Source of the DNA: Octopus sinensis
Taxonomy: Eukaryota
Direction of reading: 5' to 3'
Assembly (NCBI RefSeq): GCF_006345805.1
Contig: NC_042999.1
Coordinates: 8,246,001-8,310,000, forward strand
Length of the DNA stretch: 64,000 nucleotides
Shown here: one piece after another, positions 13,703 to 25,062 of the stretch
How positions within the stretch are numbered: the first letter of the stretch is position 1
Layout: each line of letters opens with the position of its first letter
Notes under the pieces: generated by a model
The model's database searches: none
What the model saw: the letters and a program-made list of their open reading frames with translations, nothing else
Told to the model about the DNA's origin: nothing
Program-made: the position numbers and the translations under genes

Positions 13703-13818
13703 TATTTTCTAATGCCAAATATGCCGAAATGTATTTGGGGTACTTAACTTTGCTCATGACTTAGTGTTTACTTCTTCCAAGGGTATGAGTAAGTATCTCA
13801 TTTATTTCTTTGCCACAT

Positions 13819-13878
13819 TTATCACTGACGAAGGGAGGGTTCTTATGAACTAACCCTGAAATCGGTCCGATATGATAA
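13819..13878 (+). ncRNA. Type-I hammerhead ribozyme motif, complete canonical core
   Basis: Stem I TTATCA/TGATAA, core CTGACGA (13825-31), stem II AGGG...CCCT with an inner GTTC/GAAC hairpin, GAAA (13858-61), stem III ATCG-GTC-CGAT, triplet AUA (predicted cut after 13872). Confidence 0.8.
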
Positions 13879-14033
13879 TAATGGAATTTTTAAAAAATTT
13901 CTGTCGACTCTTTTTTCGAGTAGCATGCGTATTGTGAAAAAATATATGGTTATGGACAATATGTCCAATTTCAGCATATTTGGCATTAGAAATTTTTTCG
14001 TTTGCCCTTATTTATAAGTTGTTGATATATATA

Positions 14034-14424
14034 TACTCTTTACTCTTTTACTCTTTTACTTGTTCCAGTTGTGTGATTGTGGCCATGCTAGAGCACCGCC
14101 TTTAGTCGAGTAAATCGATCCCAGGACTTATTCTTTGTAAGCCTAGTGCTTATTCTATCGGTCTTTTTTATCGAACTGCTAAGTTGCGGGGACGTAAACA
14201 CACCAGCATCGGTTGTCAAGCGATGTTGGGAGGAAAACACAAACATATACACACACATACATATATACGACGGGCTTCTTTCAGTTTCCGTCTTCCACAT
14301 CCACTCACAAGGCTTTGGTCGGCCCATGGCTATAGTAGAAAACACTTGCCCAAGATGCCACGCAGTGGGACTAAACCCAGAACCATGTGGTTGTTAAGCA
14401 AGCTACTTACCACACAGCCACTCC
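14034..14424 (-). mobile_element. SINE-A
   Basis: Full-length reverse-complement match. Confidence 0.9.
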
Positions 14425-14878
14425 TTCACACACACACACACATATAGGAATGTTTCACCGAAGTCGTGTCTCGCCTTGACCTTCGAACGCGGAGTAGATG
14501 AAACAGAGGCGACTGAAGAAGGGGGATTTTCCATGTGTTATATGTCCTGTACTCTATTTTTTCGTCGTTTAAGAAAAACGTCTATTTCCTTGGTTTTGTG
14601 TTTATGTTTTCGTTTCTCATTGTGTTCGACGTGTTTTTGGTGTCCTGTACCCATATATGCATGTATATATACATGTAGATGTAGGTACGTACATATATGT
14701 ATGTATATATGTATATGTTTTACTTATTAATTTGTTATTATATATGTATATATATTTGCAAGTGTGTGTATAAATGTTTATTTGTATTGATACCGTTTTA
14801 TTTTTCTCAAATATTTTGGAGCAAATATATTATGAATAAAATCTCAAATCTTTCTTTTCAATTCAATTTCTTCAACAG

Positions 14879-15043
14879 GTGAATTTGGTTACAGTTTCAC
14901 TGTTTCTACTGGCAATTCTATCAACGATATTGCCTTCTTCCCTTCATCTAGAAATAATGGTTATGATATCTTTATGACATCGGGAAGCCTTAGTAATATT
15001 ATCTACGTAAATCTTGACAGTGGTGCCATGAATATTCTAGAAG
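14879..15043 (+). CDS. FSTL5: Penultimate coding exon of the FSTL4/5-like gene (not in the ORF track)
   Basis: Acceptor tttcttcaacag|, donor GAAG|gtaagt, 165 bp, phase 1 to 1, no stops. (G)EFGYSFTVSTGNSINDIAFFPSSRNNGYDIFMTSGSLSNIIYVNLDSGAMNILE resembles FSTL4 ISDLAFQRSF...QYNIY...LLFLELSTG. Confidence 0.85.
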
Positions 15044-15364
15044 GTAAGTCCTTACAAATCTATGTACGACGACAGAGGATGTCTATTTTGTGGTTAAGCT
15101 CGCTCTTTTACGTAATGTAAACAACTCATTGTTTTTTCTGTTTATCTTTTTTGCACTGTTTCTGACAACTTCTATTATTATGGCCAATAAATAAATCATT
15201 GTAAGATGCAGTTATAATGATAAATAATTTTATCACCTTTCTCTGTCTTTTTCATTTCTTTCTCCTCATCCTTTATATTAAAGCCTTGCATAAATTGTTG
15301 TCTGTCCTTGTGATGTTCTCCTCATCCATGCCCCTATGGCGAATAAAAGCAATTATTATTATTA

Positions 15365-15908
15365 CTGAGTGAGAGAGCAAAATTAAACTGGGGTAAAATA
15401 TAGGAAGCCCAGAATACCCATCAGGACTACCCGTCTGATAAGGGTACACCAGGCACATGCATCACAACCATATGTGCGTGACATGGTGATCTCATATCAA
15501 GATAAACAGCACATGACCTTGCAGGTGGGGCCCAGTTAGAATTTTCTTCAAACTGAGTAGCCCATCCCGCTCAAAAGGTCCCTGAATAAGGGTTGTTTAA
15601 GGATGTTGAAAGAACCACTCATGTTTCCAGAGGTGAACTATTCAAACCCCAAAGAATCCCTCTCAACACATGACTATGATGCTCCCCCACTACTTCTGCT
15701 CGTGATCAGAGATGCACATATCGTCAGCCACTAAGGGACATGGTCAACTGGTTACGGTCAAACAACTGACAAGCAAATCTCTGGTATTCAGCAGAATATT
15801 TGCTGTAGCCCCTCTTTTATACCAAGACAAAACGATGTACATGATGACACTTCCAATCAGTTAATATCAAAAGCCATGAGAGCCACTGCCTGTACTGCAT
15901 CAGGGCAT
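15365..15908 (-). mobile_element. About 545-bp non-coding element (family D) embedded in (TAA)n
   Basis: High-identity reverse complement of 55847-56323. Both copies are flanked by TAA/TTA arrays. Strand is assigned by analogy to the Dong orientation. Confidence 0.8.
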
Positions 15909-16644
15909 TTATTATTATTATTATCATTATTATTATTATTATATTATTATTATTCTACAGAAGTTGTCTTTACTTTTCATTCTTTCGGGGTGGATACAAT
16001 AAGTACCAATCAAGCAGTCGGTTCGATGTAATTGATTTCCCCTCCTATCAAAAACTGTTGCTCTATGCCAAAATTTGTGACCTTCTTCTTCTTCTTCTTC
16101 TTCTTCTTCTCGTCCTCTTCCTTCTCCTCCGCAACGACATCATTAAGTGGTGAGATGCCAGAACCACTAGAGTGCCGGATAAAAATCTTAGCATTTCTTC
16201 CGGCTAAATATTCCGAGCTAAAATCCGGCTAAGGTCAACTTTGCCTTTCATCATTTGGGGTTCGATAAAATAAAGTACCAGTTAAGTACTGAGGTCGCTA
16301 TCATATGCTTCCTCTCTCCATGTAGAATTGCTGTCCTTTAGTCAAAATTTGAAACAATTATTATTTGTACAACGAAAATCTAGACCATAGGTTTCACTTG
16401 GACACTTTCATTTAAAAATGGGACACAGCCTGTAGACGAGTAAATTTATAAGTCTATAACTTAGTAAAACAGTTGTTGAATCTCTAAAAGAATAGAGTTT
16501 GTATTAATTGTTTAATCTCTGTGCCGTACTGATTGCTCAGGCAGGCGATCAATGGCATTCCATTAAAGACCATTCCCTCTCTTAGGAGTATTTAAGACTT
16601 CATAATTAGCAAGTGACCTGATCTGAGATCGTGTGCTGAAACAA

Positions 16645-16910
16645 AAACAACGGCAGCGTGGAAGGTGTTTATAAGCCATTTAAAAACACACAAAAGCCGT
16701 TAGATTCACTTCAATATTTAAATTTAATTTGTCAAAATATTTTCGTCGCTTTGAGACCGCGACCTGTTCACTGACTAAATTCCGTGCTGCAGCAGTGAAC
16801 AGGTCACGATTTCAAAGCGACGAAAATATTTTGACAAATTAAATTTAAATATTGAAATTAATCTAACGGCTTTTGTGTGTTTTTAAATGGCTTCCACGCT
16901 GCAATTGTTT
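16645..16910. repeat. Foldback repeat, ~100-bp arms, ~20-bp spacer, in the last FSTL intron
   Basis: 16674-16773 is the reverse complement of 16793-16892, with outer extensions GCAGCGTGGAAG/CTTCCACGCTGC. Confidence 0.92.
16731..16775 (-). ncRNA. Minimal hammerhead-like motif with a G3:C8 compensatory core
   Basis: Minus strand: GTCA GTGAACA g GTCGC-ggtctcaaa-GCGAC GAAA ATAT T T TGAC. Stem I GTCA/TGAC, palindromic stem III AATATT. A weaker copy lies on + at 16793-16835. Confidence 0.6.
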
Positions 16911-17295
16911 ATAATCTAAAATACTTTCCTTTTATATGATTCTATAAGTTGCGTTTATGTATTTGTACAGTGCCAATGTTTGTTTGAAAAAAAAAATGAC
17001 TGTCGAAACATAACAAATCTGTAAGCGTTATTTGAAAAAGTATCAGATACCATTCTTTGCCGGTTCAGAGAATATTTAGAAACCTTTCTCTTGGACAATA
17101 CAGTTTTATTTAAGAGATGAGGAATTATGTACACTGCTTACATTTGACGGATATTTATCCTCATCTTTCTCTTGGAGTTGAATAGCATGGAATAGAATAT
17201 AGAGTAATTTTTTTATCATGAATTAGGGATTTTCGGTTCCATTGACATTCTTGGCTGGTTTTTCACTGTCGTATTTTGTGTCTTATCTTTTCTAG

Positions 17296-17504
17296 GTATT
17301 GGTCGTACCAATGAAGAAAAATCGTGGCCTTGGTTAGAAAATAAGTGGTCAATCATCGGTGGCAATGTCTTCAGTGAATATTTGCTGACCTCAATGAAGT
17401 ATTCTGTCATCATCCTTAACGGCCACATGAGACAAGTACAATGTGAGTTCAGAGATTTGAAAAAAAGTGATGTGGCTATATTTGCTGAACCATACGAAGG
17501 ATGA
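17296..17504 (+). CDS. FSTL5: Terminal coding exon of the FSTL4/5-like gene
   Basis: Acceptor tcttatcttttctag|, phase 1, TGA at 17502-17504. (G)IGRTNEEKSWPWLENKWSIIGGNVFSEYLLTSMKYSVIILNGHMRQVQCEFRDLKKSDVAIFAEPYEG* resembles FSTL4/5 GLFGQYLLTP...LINGRQNTLRCEV. AATAAA at 17551-17556. Confidence 0.85.
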
Positions 17505-17710
17505 GTCGTCATTAATATATAATATTTAAAAAAAATATGAAAAAAAAAGAAATAAAAGCTAAACACGAAAAAAAGAGAACAACAGTCAGATCTCTAAATT
17601 TATTTATCTATATGATTATTTTGTCACTTCTCTATTCCATTCCATCTTAATTCTCCTCTAACCCCATTTCCAAAATCCTACATAACCCCTCCATAAAATT
17701 ATGTTCTGAC

Positions 17711-17780
<70 letters not shown>

Positions 17781-18083
17781 TATTCATTCATTTAATTTTG
17801 TATCACTCTTTTTGGATGATATTCTACTAAAAGGCAATTTTACTGCCACGATCTATGTTTCAAATATTTAATTATATATCTCATAAATTTTATTTTCTTC
17901 TTCGTTTATTCTTTTAATTTTCCTCTTCGTTATATCTCAGCCTTCCCTTCTTAATCATCTCATGTCTTAATGTCTCAAGCTTGGATAAATGAATCACTTT
18001 ACATTTTAAAAAAATCGACAAAAAAGATACAGACTATTTATCACACATACATAGACAAACAGGCATAAATGTACACATATACG

Positions 18084-18152
<69 letters not shown>

Positions 18153-18163
18153 TATACATGTAC

Positions 18164-18196
<33 letters not shown>

Positions 18197-19432
18197 ATAT
18201 ATATACATATATATATAATGCAAAGATCTTTCGGTGGATGACTAAAAGCATCCGCTACCTTCTCTTTTTAAACAGTTTACTATAAATAATCCGAGGCAAA
18301 ATGCAACAGGCTTTAACAACAGTTACAACAACATAACAACAAAATTTAATTATAAAGGTAAACAAACAAAATACTTAAGAAACGATATGATATATTGCTT
18401 GAGTGGTGTGATTTTAAACATGTAAAAGTTTTGTATATTGTTTATTGTGCAATCCGTTGTCGTGCTATTTTGCAATGCATATTCATAGCATATATTGCTG
18501 AATATATGCTTCTTGCATCTAAACTGCCTAAAATGCTAGGCATTGCCATTATTGCTCTCTAAAGCTGATTGTTCAAAGAAGAAGAAAAAAATACAAAAGA
18601 TATAATGGATACAAAGAAATAGAATAATTACAACGCAAAAGAAAGAAAAGAAAAACTGAAAATACAATAAAGGAATTACAGAACTTTAAAACAAAAATAA
18701 AAAAAAAACATTATGAATTAAAGAAACGTTCATACAATGCATGGATATGCAATTGCTGCACAAGAAAAATAAGACGAAAAATATTAGTGAAAGTACAATA
18801 TTTCGAAAAATATAATTGAATTAAATTCGAATCATATATCTGATAATGATCAATTTTTTTTTCTAAAATTCCATTTTTGTATGTTGCATTATAATACTTT
18901 ATATTTTTCCTTTTCCTTTCATAAAGTCTTCACACTTTCTTTCTCTTCGTCTCTTTCCCCCCTTCTCTCTCTCTCTCCCTCTCTTACTATCTAGCTAACT
19001 ATCTCAAGCTTCCTTTTTCTGTCTTACATGTATTTTGAATATCCCCTTGATTTGTCATATATATATATATTTATATATATATATACATATATATATACAT
19101 ACATATATATATATATATACACATATATATATGTATAAAGCAAGCTGCCTATTAACAGCCTATATATCTTCTAACCGGTTATATATTTAACTTGCATTCC
19201 AAAAATCAAACAGATATAAAATTATAAAATTAATAAAAAAAGATTACACTTTAACTTATGACAATAAAATTAACACAAGTGCAAAAATGAGAGATATTGT
19301 GTCTTTCTACATGGTCAGGGGTTAGCAATAAATAATTAAAGAATTCATAAAAAAAGAAAAAAAAGCATGGAACCCCAACACCAAACAGAAAATGGTTTTT
19401 CCAGAGAGATTCTATTTCACAAGTGAAGGTGA

Positions 19433-19491
<59 letters not shown>

Positions 19492-19712
19492 TCATATACA
19501 TGCAGACAAGCACACGAGCATACAAACATATATATGCATACATGTATATATATTTATGTATTTATAAAATGTTGACTGTAACATTGGAGTTTCACCAAGG
19601 AAGGCTTACCAATATAAATAAATATTTGACTATGTATCACGTATTGAGTCCTTCTTCACTTAATGTTTATTTTACTAGTCATTAAGAAATACTATACATA
19701 TATGTATGTACG

Positions 19713-19745
<33 letters not shown>

Positions 19746-19746
19746 C

Positions 19747-19811
<65 letters not shown>

Positions 19812-20647
19812 CATATATTGTGTGTGTGTCTGTATGTATAATAGATACATACATATATATGTATATATAATATATATATATATATTTACACACACATACC
19901 TACATTAAGAGAAATGAATGTTCACTACTATTTTCTGTTTTCAATAATTACAAAAAATATCACCACTGCAAGATAAATCATAATATTACTATTAATGTAT
20001 CTGTATCTGTGTAATTATACACACACACACACACACACCACACACACACACACACACACGTATATATATATATATACACGCTCATACATGAACATTTATA
20101 TGTATGTATATGTATACACATGTACATATGCATATACGTACACACACGCACACACATACACTTACACAGACATACACATATATATTTTATATATGTATAT
20201 ATATATAATATATATATTATATATATATATATACATATATATAATCTGAAAACAAATCAACAGATGCAAATTAGTTGATCATAAAATCTTCAAGCAAAAC
20301 CAAGCTTTTAATTTTGATTTAGTTATTTTTAATAACTAAATATAAAATATCCAACACAAAGCAATTGAACGCATTAATATTAATATTAAATAAAACAAAA
20401 AAATCAAAGCAAAACATTTTGCTGTATATTTGTTTTTATTTTACAACATGCCTTTCCATTTTCTTATTTGCTGCGATATTGTAATAATTTTAAAATTATT
20501 ATAAAAAACAAAAATATAAAAAAGACACCGATTTTTGTTAATTGACTTGCTTTTTAATTAAATTTGTCTCATTGTAATATCTGCGTCTTTTTTCTTCTTG
20601 GCTACTTGCCATATTAATTATACATACATACATACATACATACATAC

Positions 20648-20692
<45 letters not shown>

Positions 20693-21348
20693 ATATATAT
20701 ATATATAAAATCATGTTAATTTTAACAACCAATTAAGCCACAAATTATGAAATGATTCGACACTGTTGAGTGTATAATATATAATTATCTGAAGACTAAT
20801 TGGTAAACATCATCATCGTCATCAACATCATCAACATTATCGTCGTCGTTGTCGTCATCATCATCATCGACATTATCATCATCATCAGCAGCAGCAACAG
20901 TTTTCTCGTTTGCTTGTCTACTTTTCCAAGCTTGCATCGCTCAGACAGAATATATCGAAGAAGATTTTCTACAGTCAGAAGTCATTCCTGGCACCAACCA
21001 TCAACAGTTTCCAAGGAATTAATTCTTCCCCAGTTTCGGACATTTTTTCTTTTTAGATTTGAAGCAAAGTCCATCAATTTGTACAGCAGCTGGGCTCTTT
21101 TGTTCTTCTACAACCAACACATGATATCAACACGCATACGCGCATACAAATATATACAGGGGTCTTCGTTCAGTTTCTCCCTACCAAATTCACTCACGAT
21201 CCTTCAGTCGACTCGAAATCATACTAGAAGTCACTTGGTCAACATTTCATGTTCTGGGATTGAAACCACGCACATATGCGTACGGTGTATTCAGTATCAT
21301 CATCGGAAATTCTCTATCATTAAGGGAATACTGTCATTCATGATGCCA

Positions 21349-21386
<38 letters not shown>

Positions 21387-21620
21387 TTAGGAGTGGGTTT
21401 GTGGTAAGTAGCTTGCTTACCAACATTGTTCCGGGTTTAGTCCCACGACGTTGAACCTTAGGAAAGTGTCTTCTATTACAGCCTCGGGCTCACCAGACCC
21501 TTGTGAATGGTTTTGCTAGATGGAAACTGAAAAAAGTCCGTCGTATATATATGAGGGAATATTATTCCAAACGTACAGGGAAAAATTCAATTTAGAAATA
21601 CTAAATCAAATTTCACAAAG

Positions 21621-21682
<62 letters not shown>

Positions 21683-22107
21683 ATATATATATACTAGAAA
21701 AAAACCCACCTTTTATCAATTCAATAATAAAAAATTAAATTATATCATCTAGAAAATTACATATCATAGAAAGATTAAATATAAGATTAAACCTATAATG
21801 ATGATTAAGTAATGTGCAAGATAATAAATAAAACGTATATATTTGGTAGAATAACGACACGTATTTCGTGGCTATATTTAAGAAATGATAATAGTAAAAA
21901 TAATAGTAGTAATAGTAAAATCACTTCAATATAAATATAGCCACTCTTCAGGTTAAAGTTAACAACAATAATAAAATAATTAATTAGATAAATTAATAAA
22001 TATACGTAAATAATCTTATAAAATACGAAATATTTTAACAAATATATTTTTGTTTAAAAAATGAGATACAATTAATTAAAATATCTAAAATAAATATCTA
22101 TATCTAA

Positions 22108-22169
<62 letters not shown>

Positions 22170-22362
22170 GAGTAGTTGAATGAATTATCTTATTATGGAT
22201 AATTCGGTTAACCGATACATGGGTAGCAAATTCACGTCAGAGAAACACGGTTGAAGCTACATGCCTAGGGCAGAGATCACGTGCTATCGTGTGGAAATTT
22301 TTTTTTTTAATACAAATAAATGAAAGAATGGAGTTGAACGACGAATTAACAAAATTCCTTTA

Positions 22363-22444
22363 TTTTCGACATATGTTTCGAAGGCTGTATATTCCTAATT
22401 TCGAAGGAAAAGGGGTGCATTATGCTGCCTTCTCATCAGGAAAA
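22363..22444 (-). ncRNA. Type-I hammerhead ribozyme motif (left arm of palindrome)
   Basis: Minus strand: TTTTC CTGATGA GAAGGC...GCCTTC GAAA CATATG TC GAAAA. All core positions intact. Confidence 0.85.
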
Positions 22445-23000
22445 ACAAGGAACTTATGTCAGCATCAAGATGCACAAAAACTTTTAAATGACTGCCCACA
22501 TGGAGCCCATAGCGATAATGAGTGTTTCTTTAAAATATTCCGTTATAAGCAGTGACGTCAAAAATGGTTGAATGTAGAAGATTCTAGAGGGTTCAAGGGT
22601 TCAAACAAGGTTGGAGGAGAGAGGCCTAAGAATAGGAAGGTGATAGGGTACAGATCATAAGAATGGTGACTTTGATGTTTTCTTTTGTGATTGAGTGTCT
22701 ATGTGTGTGTATGTATATAACTGCATTAATGCAGTTATATACATACACACACATAGGCACTCATTCACAAAAGAAAACAACAAAATCACCATTCATATAT
22801 CCTGCACCCTGTCACCTTCCTATTCTTAGGTCTCTCTCCTCCAACCTTGGTTGAACCCTTGAACCTTCTAGAATCTTCTACATTCAACCATTTTTGACGT
22901 CACTGCTTATAACGGAATATTTTAAAGAAACACTCATTATCGCTATGGGCTCCATGTGGGCAGTCATCTAAAAGTTTTTGTGCATCTTGATGCTGACATA

Positions 23001-23103
23001 AGTTCCTTGTTTTTCCTGATGAGAAGGCGGCATAATGCACCCCTTATTCCTTCTAAATTAGGAATATGCAACCTTCGAAACATATGTCGAAAATAAAGGA
23101 ATT
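23001..23103 (+). ncRNA. Type-I hammerhead ribozyme motif (right arm of palindrome)
   Basis: Extended stem I AGTTCCTT-GT-TTTTC / GAAAA-TA-AAGGAATT, CTGATGA (23016-22), stem II GAAGG/CCTTC, GAAA (23077-80), palindromic stem III ACATATGT, GUC triplet (cut after 23088). Confidence 0.85.
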
Positions 23104-23140
23104 TTGTTAATTCGTCGTTCAACTCCATTCTTTCATTTAT

Positions 23141-23172
<32 letters not shown>

Positions 23173-23178
23173 ATATAT

Positions 23179-23211
<33 letters not shown>

Positions 23212-23493
23212 GTATGTATATATATATACATATATAAGATACGAAATATACATTAAGTGAAAATTAAATACAACACTTTAAACTATATGCATTAAATCGA
23301 GTTATTAATTTTCTAGATGGTATAATTTAATTTTTCATTATTGAACTGATAAGAGGTATTTTTTCTAATTTATATATATATATATATTTCGTTTTTGGAT
23401 TTGGTTTGCAAGATTCTTTATTTGAGTTCGTGTGTTGAAGCATATTCTGTTGTGTCTGGGGAGAGTCATTCTCTTTTTGTGCCTTATTATTTT

Positions 23494-23530
23494 CTAAAAT
23501 TTTCGTTGCGTCTTGCAACTTTTTCAATAG
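23494..23530 (-). ncRNA. Minimal hammerhead-like motif with a U3:A8 compensatory core
   Basis: Minus strand: CTA TTGAAAA a GTTGC-aagac-GCAAC GAAA AT T T TAG. Stem III is the AATT palindrome. A second family copy at 6093-6129 (-) has a weaker stem I. Confidence 0.55.
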
Positions 23531-23899
23531 TGAGTGTGTTAAATAATAAGGCACTAAAAGAGAATGACTCTCCCCAACACAAAAGTATGTATATATATAT
23601 ATATGTGTGTGGGGGGGTGTGTGCGTGTGCACCTTTGTGTGTGTGTGTGCGCGCGCACTGGTGAAGGCATTTTTGTGTAGTAAGAAACGTGCTTCCCAGC
23701 CACTACATGGTTCCGGGTTCAGTCCCCTTGCATGGCAGCTTGGGTAGGAGTCTTCTATAATAGTCCCGGCCGACCAAGACCTTGTGAGTGGATTTCGTAG
23801 GCGGAAACTAAAAGAAGCTCGTCACACACACACAGACAAGCATGCGCACACACTCACATAAGTGTATTTGTTTATATGTTTGCATCATATGAATGTATA

Positions 23900-23930
<31 letters not shown>

Positions 23931-24255
23931 TTTAATCAACGGAAAGCAAGCTAACAACACACAGGACGAACCAGGTTTAGCAATTGTTAGACTTGTTTAA
24001 CACTTTAAAGTGAGATAGTCCTCACGCTTCGGAGTCTAGTCCTTCATCAGAAGTAACTCATAGAAAGAAAATTAAGAAGTCTGAATGAGAAAAGGTATTT
24101 GAAGGGAAGAAATATTCGAGTGAGGAGTTTAGAGATGTAAGGAGTAGTCAAGAGGGAAAGATACGACGAGCATGGGTGATGAGTTCGCGTATCCCTAGTG
24201 AATAAATGTAAATCCGCTAAAAATTGAAAGAGTTGAGATTAAGAGTATGAGGAAT

Positions 24256-24472
24256 TACGAGGTGTTGCTGAAAAGTTCCTGGCTTTAAAGGTATTGCAAA
24301 GGGCCTGGCTGGAGGCCCAACCTTCCGAGTTCTTTTCCAGGGCTTAGAAGAGCTGAAAGATCGCTGCAATAAGTGTTTGAATCGGCGAAGCGATTATGTT
24401 GAATAAAATCATAATTAACCGATTCTCCTGTATTTTCCAAAGCCAGGAACTTTTTCAGCACACCTGCCTGTA
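24256..24472 (+). mobile_element. Mariner-derived MITE
   Basis: TIRs AGGTGTTGCTGAAAAGTTCCTGGCTTT / AAAGCCAGGAACTTTTTCAGCACACCT, TA ends. Internal FQGLEELKDRCNKCLNRRSDYVE* resembles a mariner transposase C-terminus. Confidence 0.8.
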
Positions 24473-24647
24473 AAGTTTTACACGAAAAAGAAAACGAAAA
24501 TAATTATGTGGAAATGGTAGGAAATGTGAGATTAAAATCTTGAAGCAAAATATCTGTGAGTAATTTCTGTGTAGTTTTTTTTTCGGTGGATAGATTTTAA
24601 GGAATGTTTCTTGTAGTGACAGCTTTCACAAACCACTTCCTTATTTC

Positions 24648-25062
24648 TTATTTCTGTACTGCCCACAAGGGGCTACACGCAGAGAGGACAAACAAGGACA
24701 GACAAACGGATTAAGTTGATTACATCGACCCCAGTGTGTAACTGGTACTTAATTTATCCACCCGAATGGATGAAAGGCAAAGTCGACCTCAGCGGAATTT
24801 GAACTCAGAACGTAACGACAGACGAAATACCTATTTCTTTATTACCCACAAGGGGCTAAACACAGAGGGGACAAACAAGGACAGACATAGGTATTAAGTC
24901 GATTACATCGACCCCAGTGTGTAACTGGTACTTAATTTATCCACCCGAATGGATGAAAGGCAAAGTCGACTTCAGCGGAATTTGAACTCAGAACGTAATG
25001 GCAGACGAAATACCGCTAAGCATTTCTCCCGGAGTGCTAACGTTTCTGCCAGCCCGCCGCCT
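24648..25062 (-). mobile_element. SINE family B dimer
   Basis: Two units with the same AAAGAAATAG|GTATTTC junction. Confidence 0.88.

Larger units (their letters stand above)
13553..14027. repeat. Element with 81-bp inverted ends containing a hammerhead and a LINE fragment
   Basis: 13553-13633 is the reverse complement of 13947-14027. An internal partial duplicate lies at 13706-13730. Confidence 0.88.
22317..23140. repeat. About 820-bp loopless palindrome (two ~410-bp inverted arms)
   Basis: Centre ACTGCATT|AATGCAGT at 22727/22728. The arms are reverse complements with scattered mismatches. Confidence 0.95.

Noticed and set aside
18219-18275. Half-hammerhead on minus (stem II, GAAA, AGATCT)
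   Set aside because: The CUGANGA half and stem I are not recognisable, so it was not counted.
20933-21125. Coding-looking stretches after AG acceptors (ACIAQTEYIEEDF..., DLKQSPSIC...)
   Set aside because: They are short, downstream of the FSTL stop codon and without family similarity. They could be UTR or intergenic sequence.
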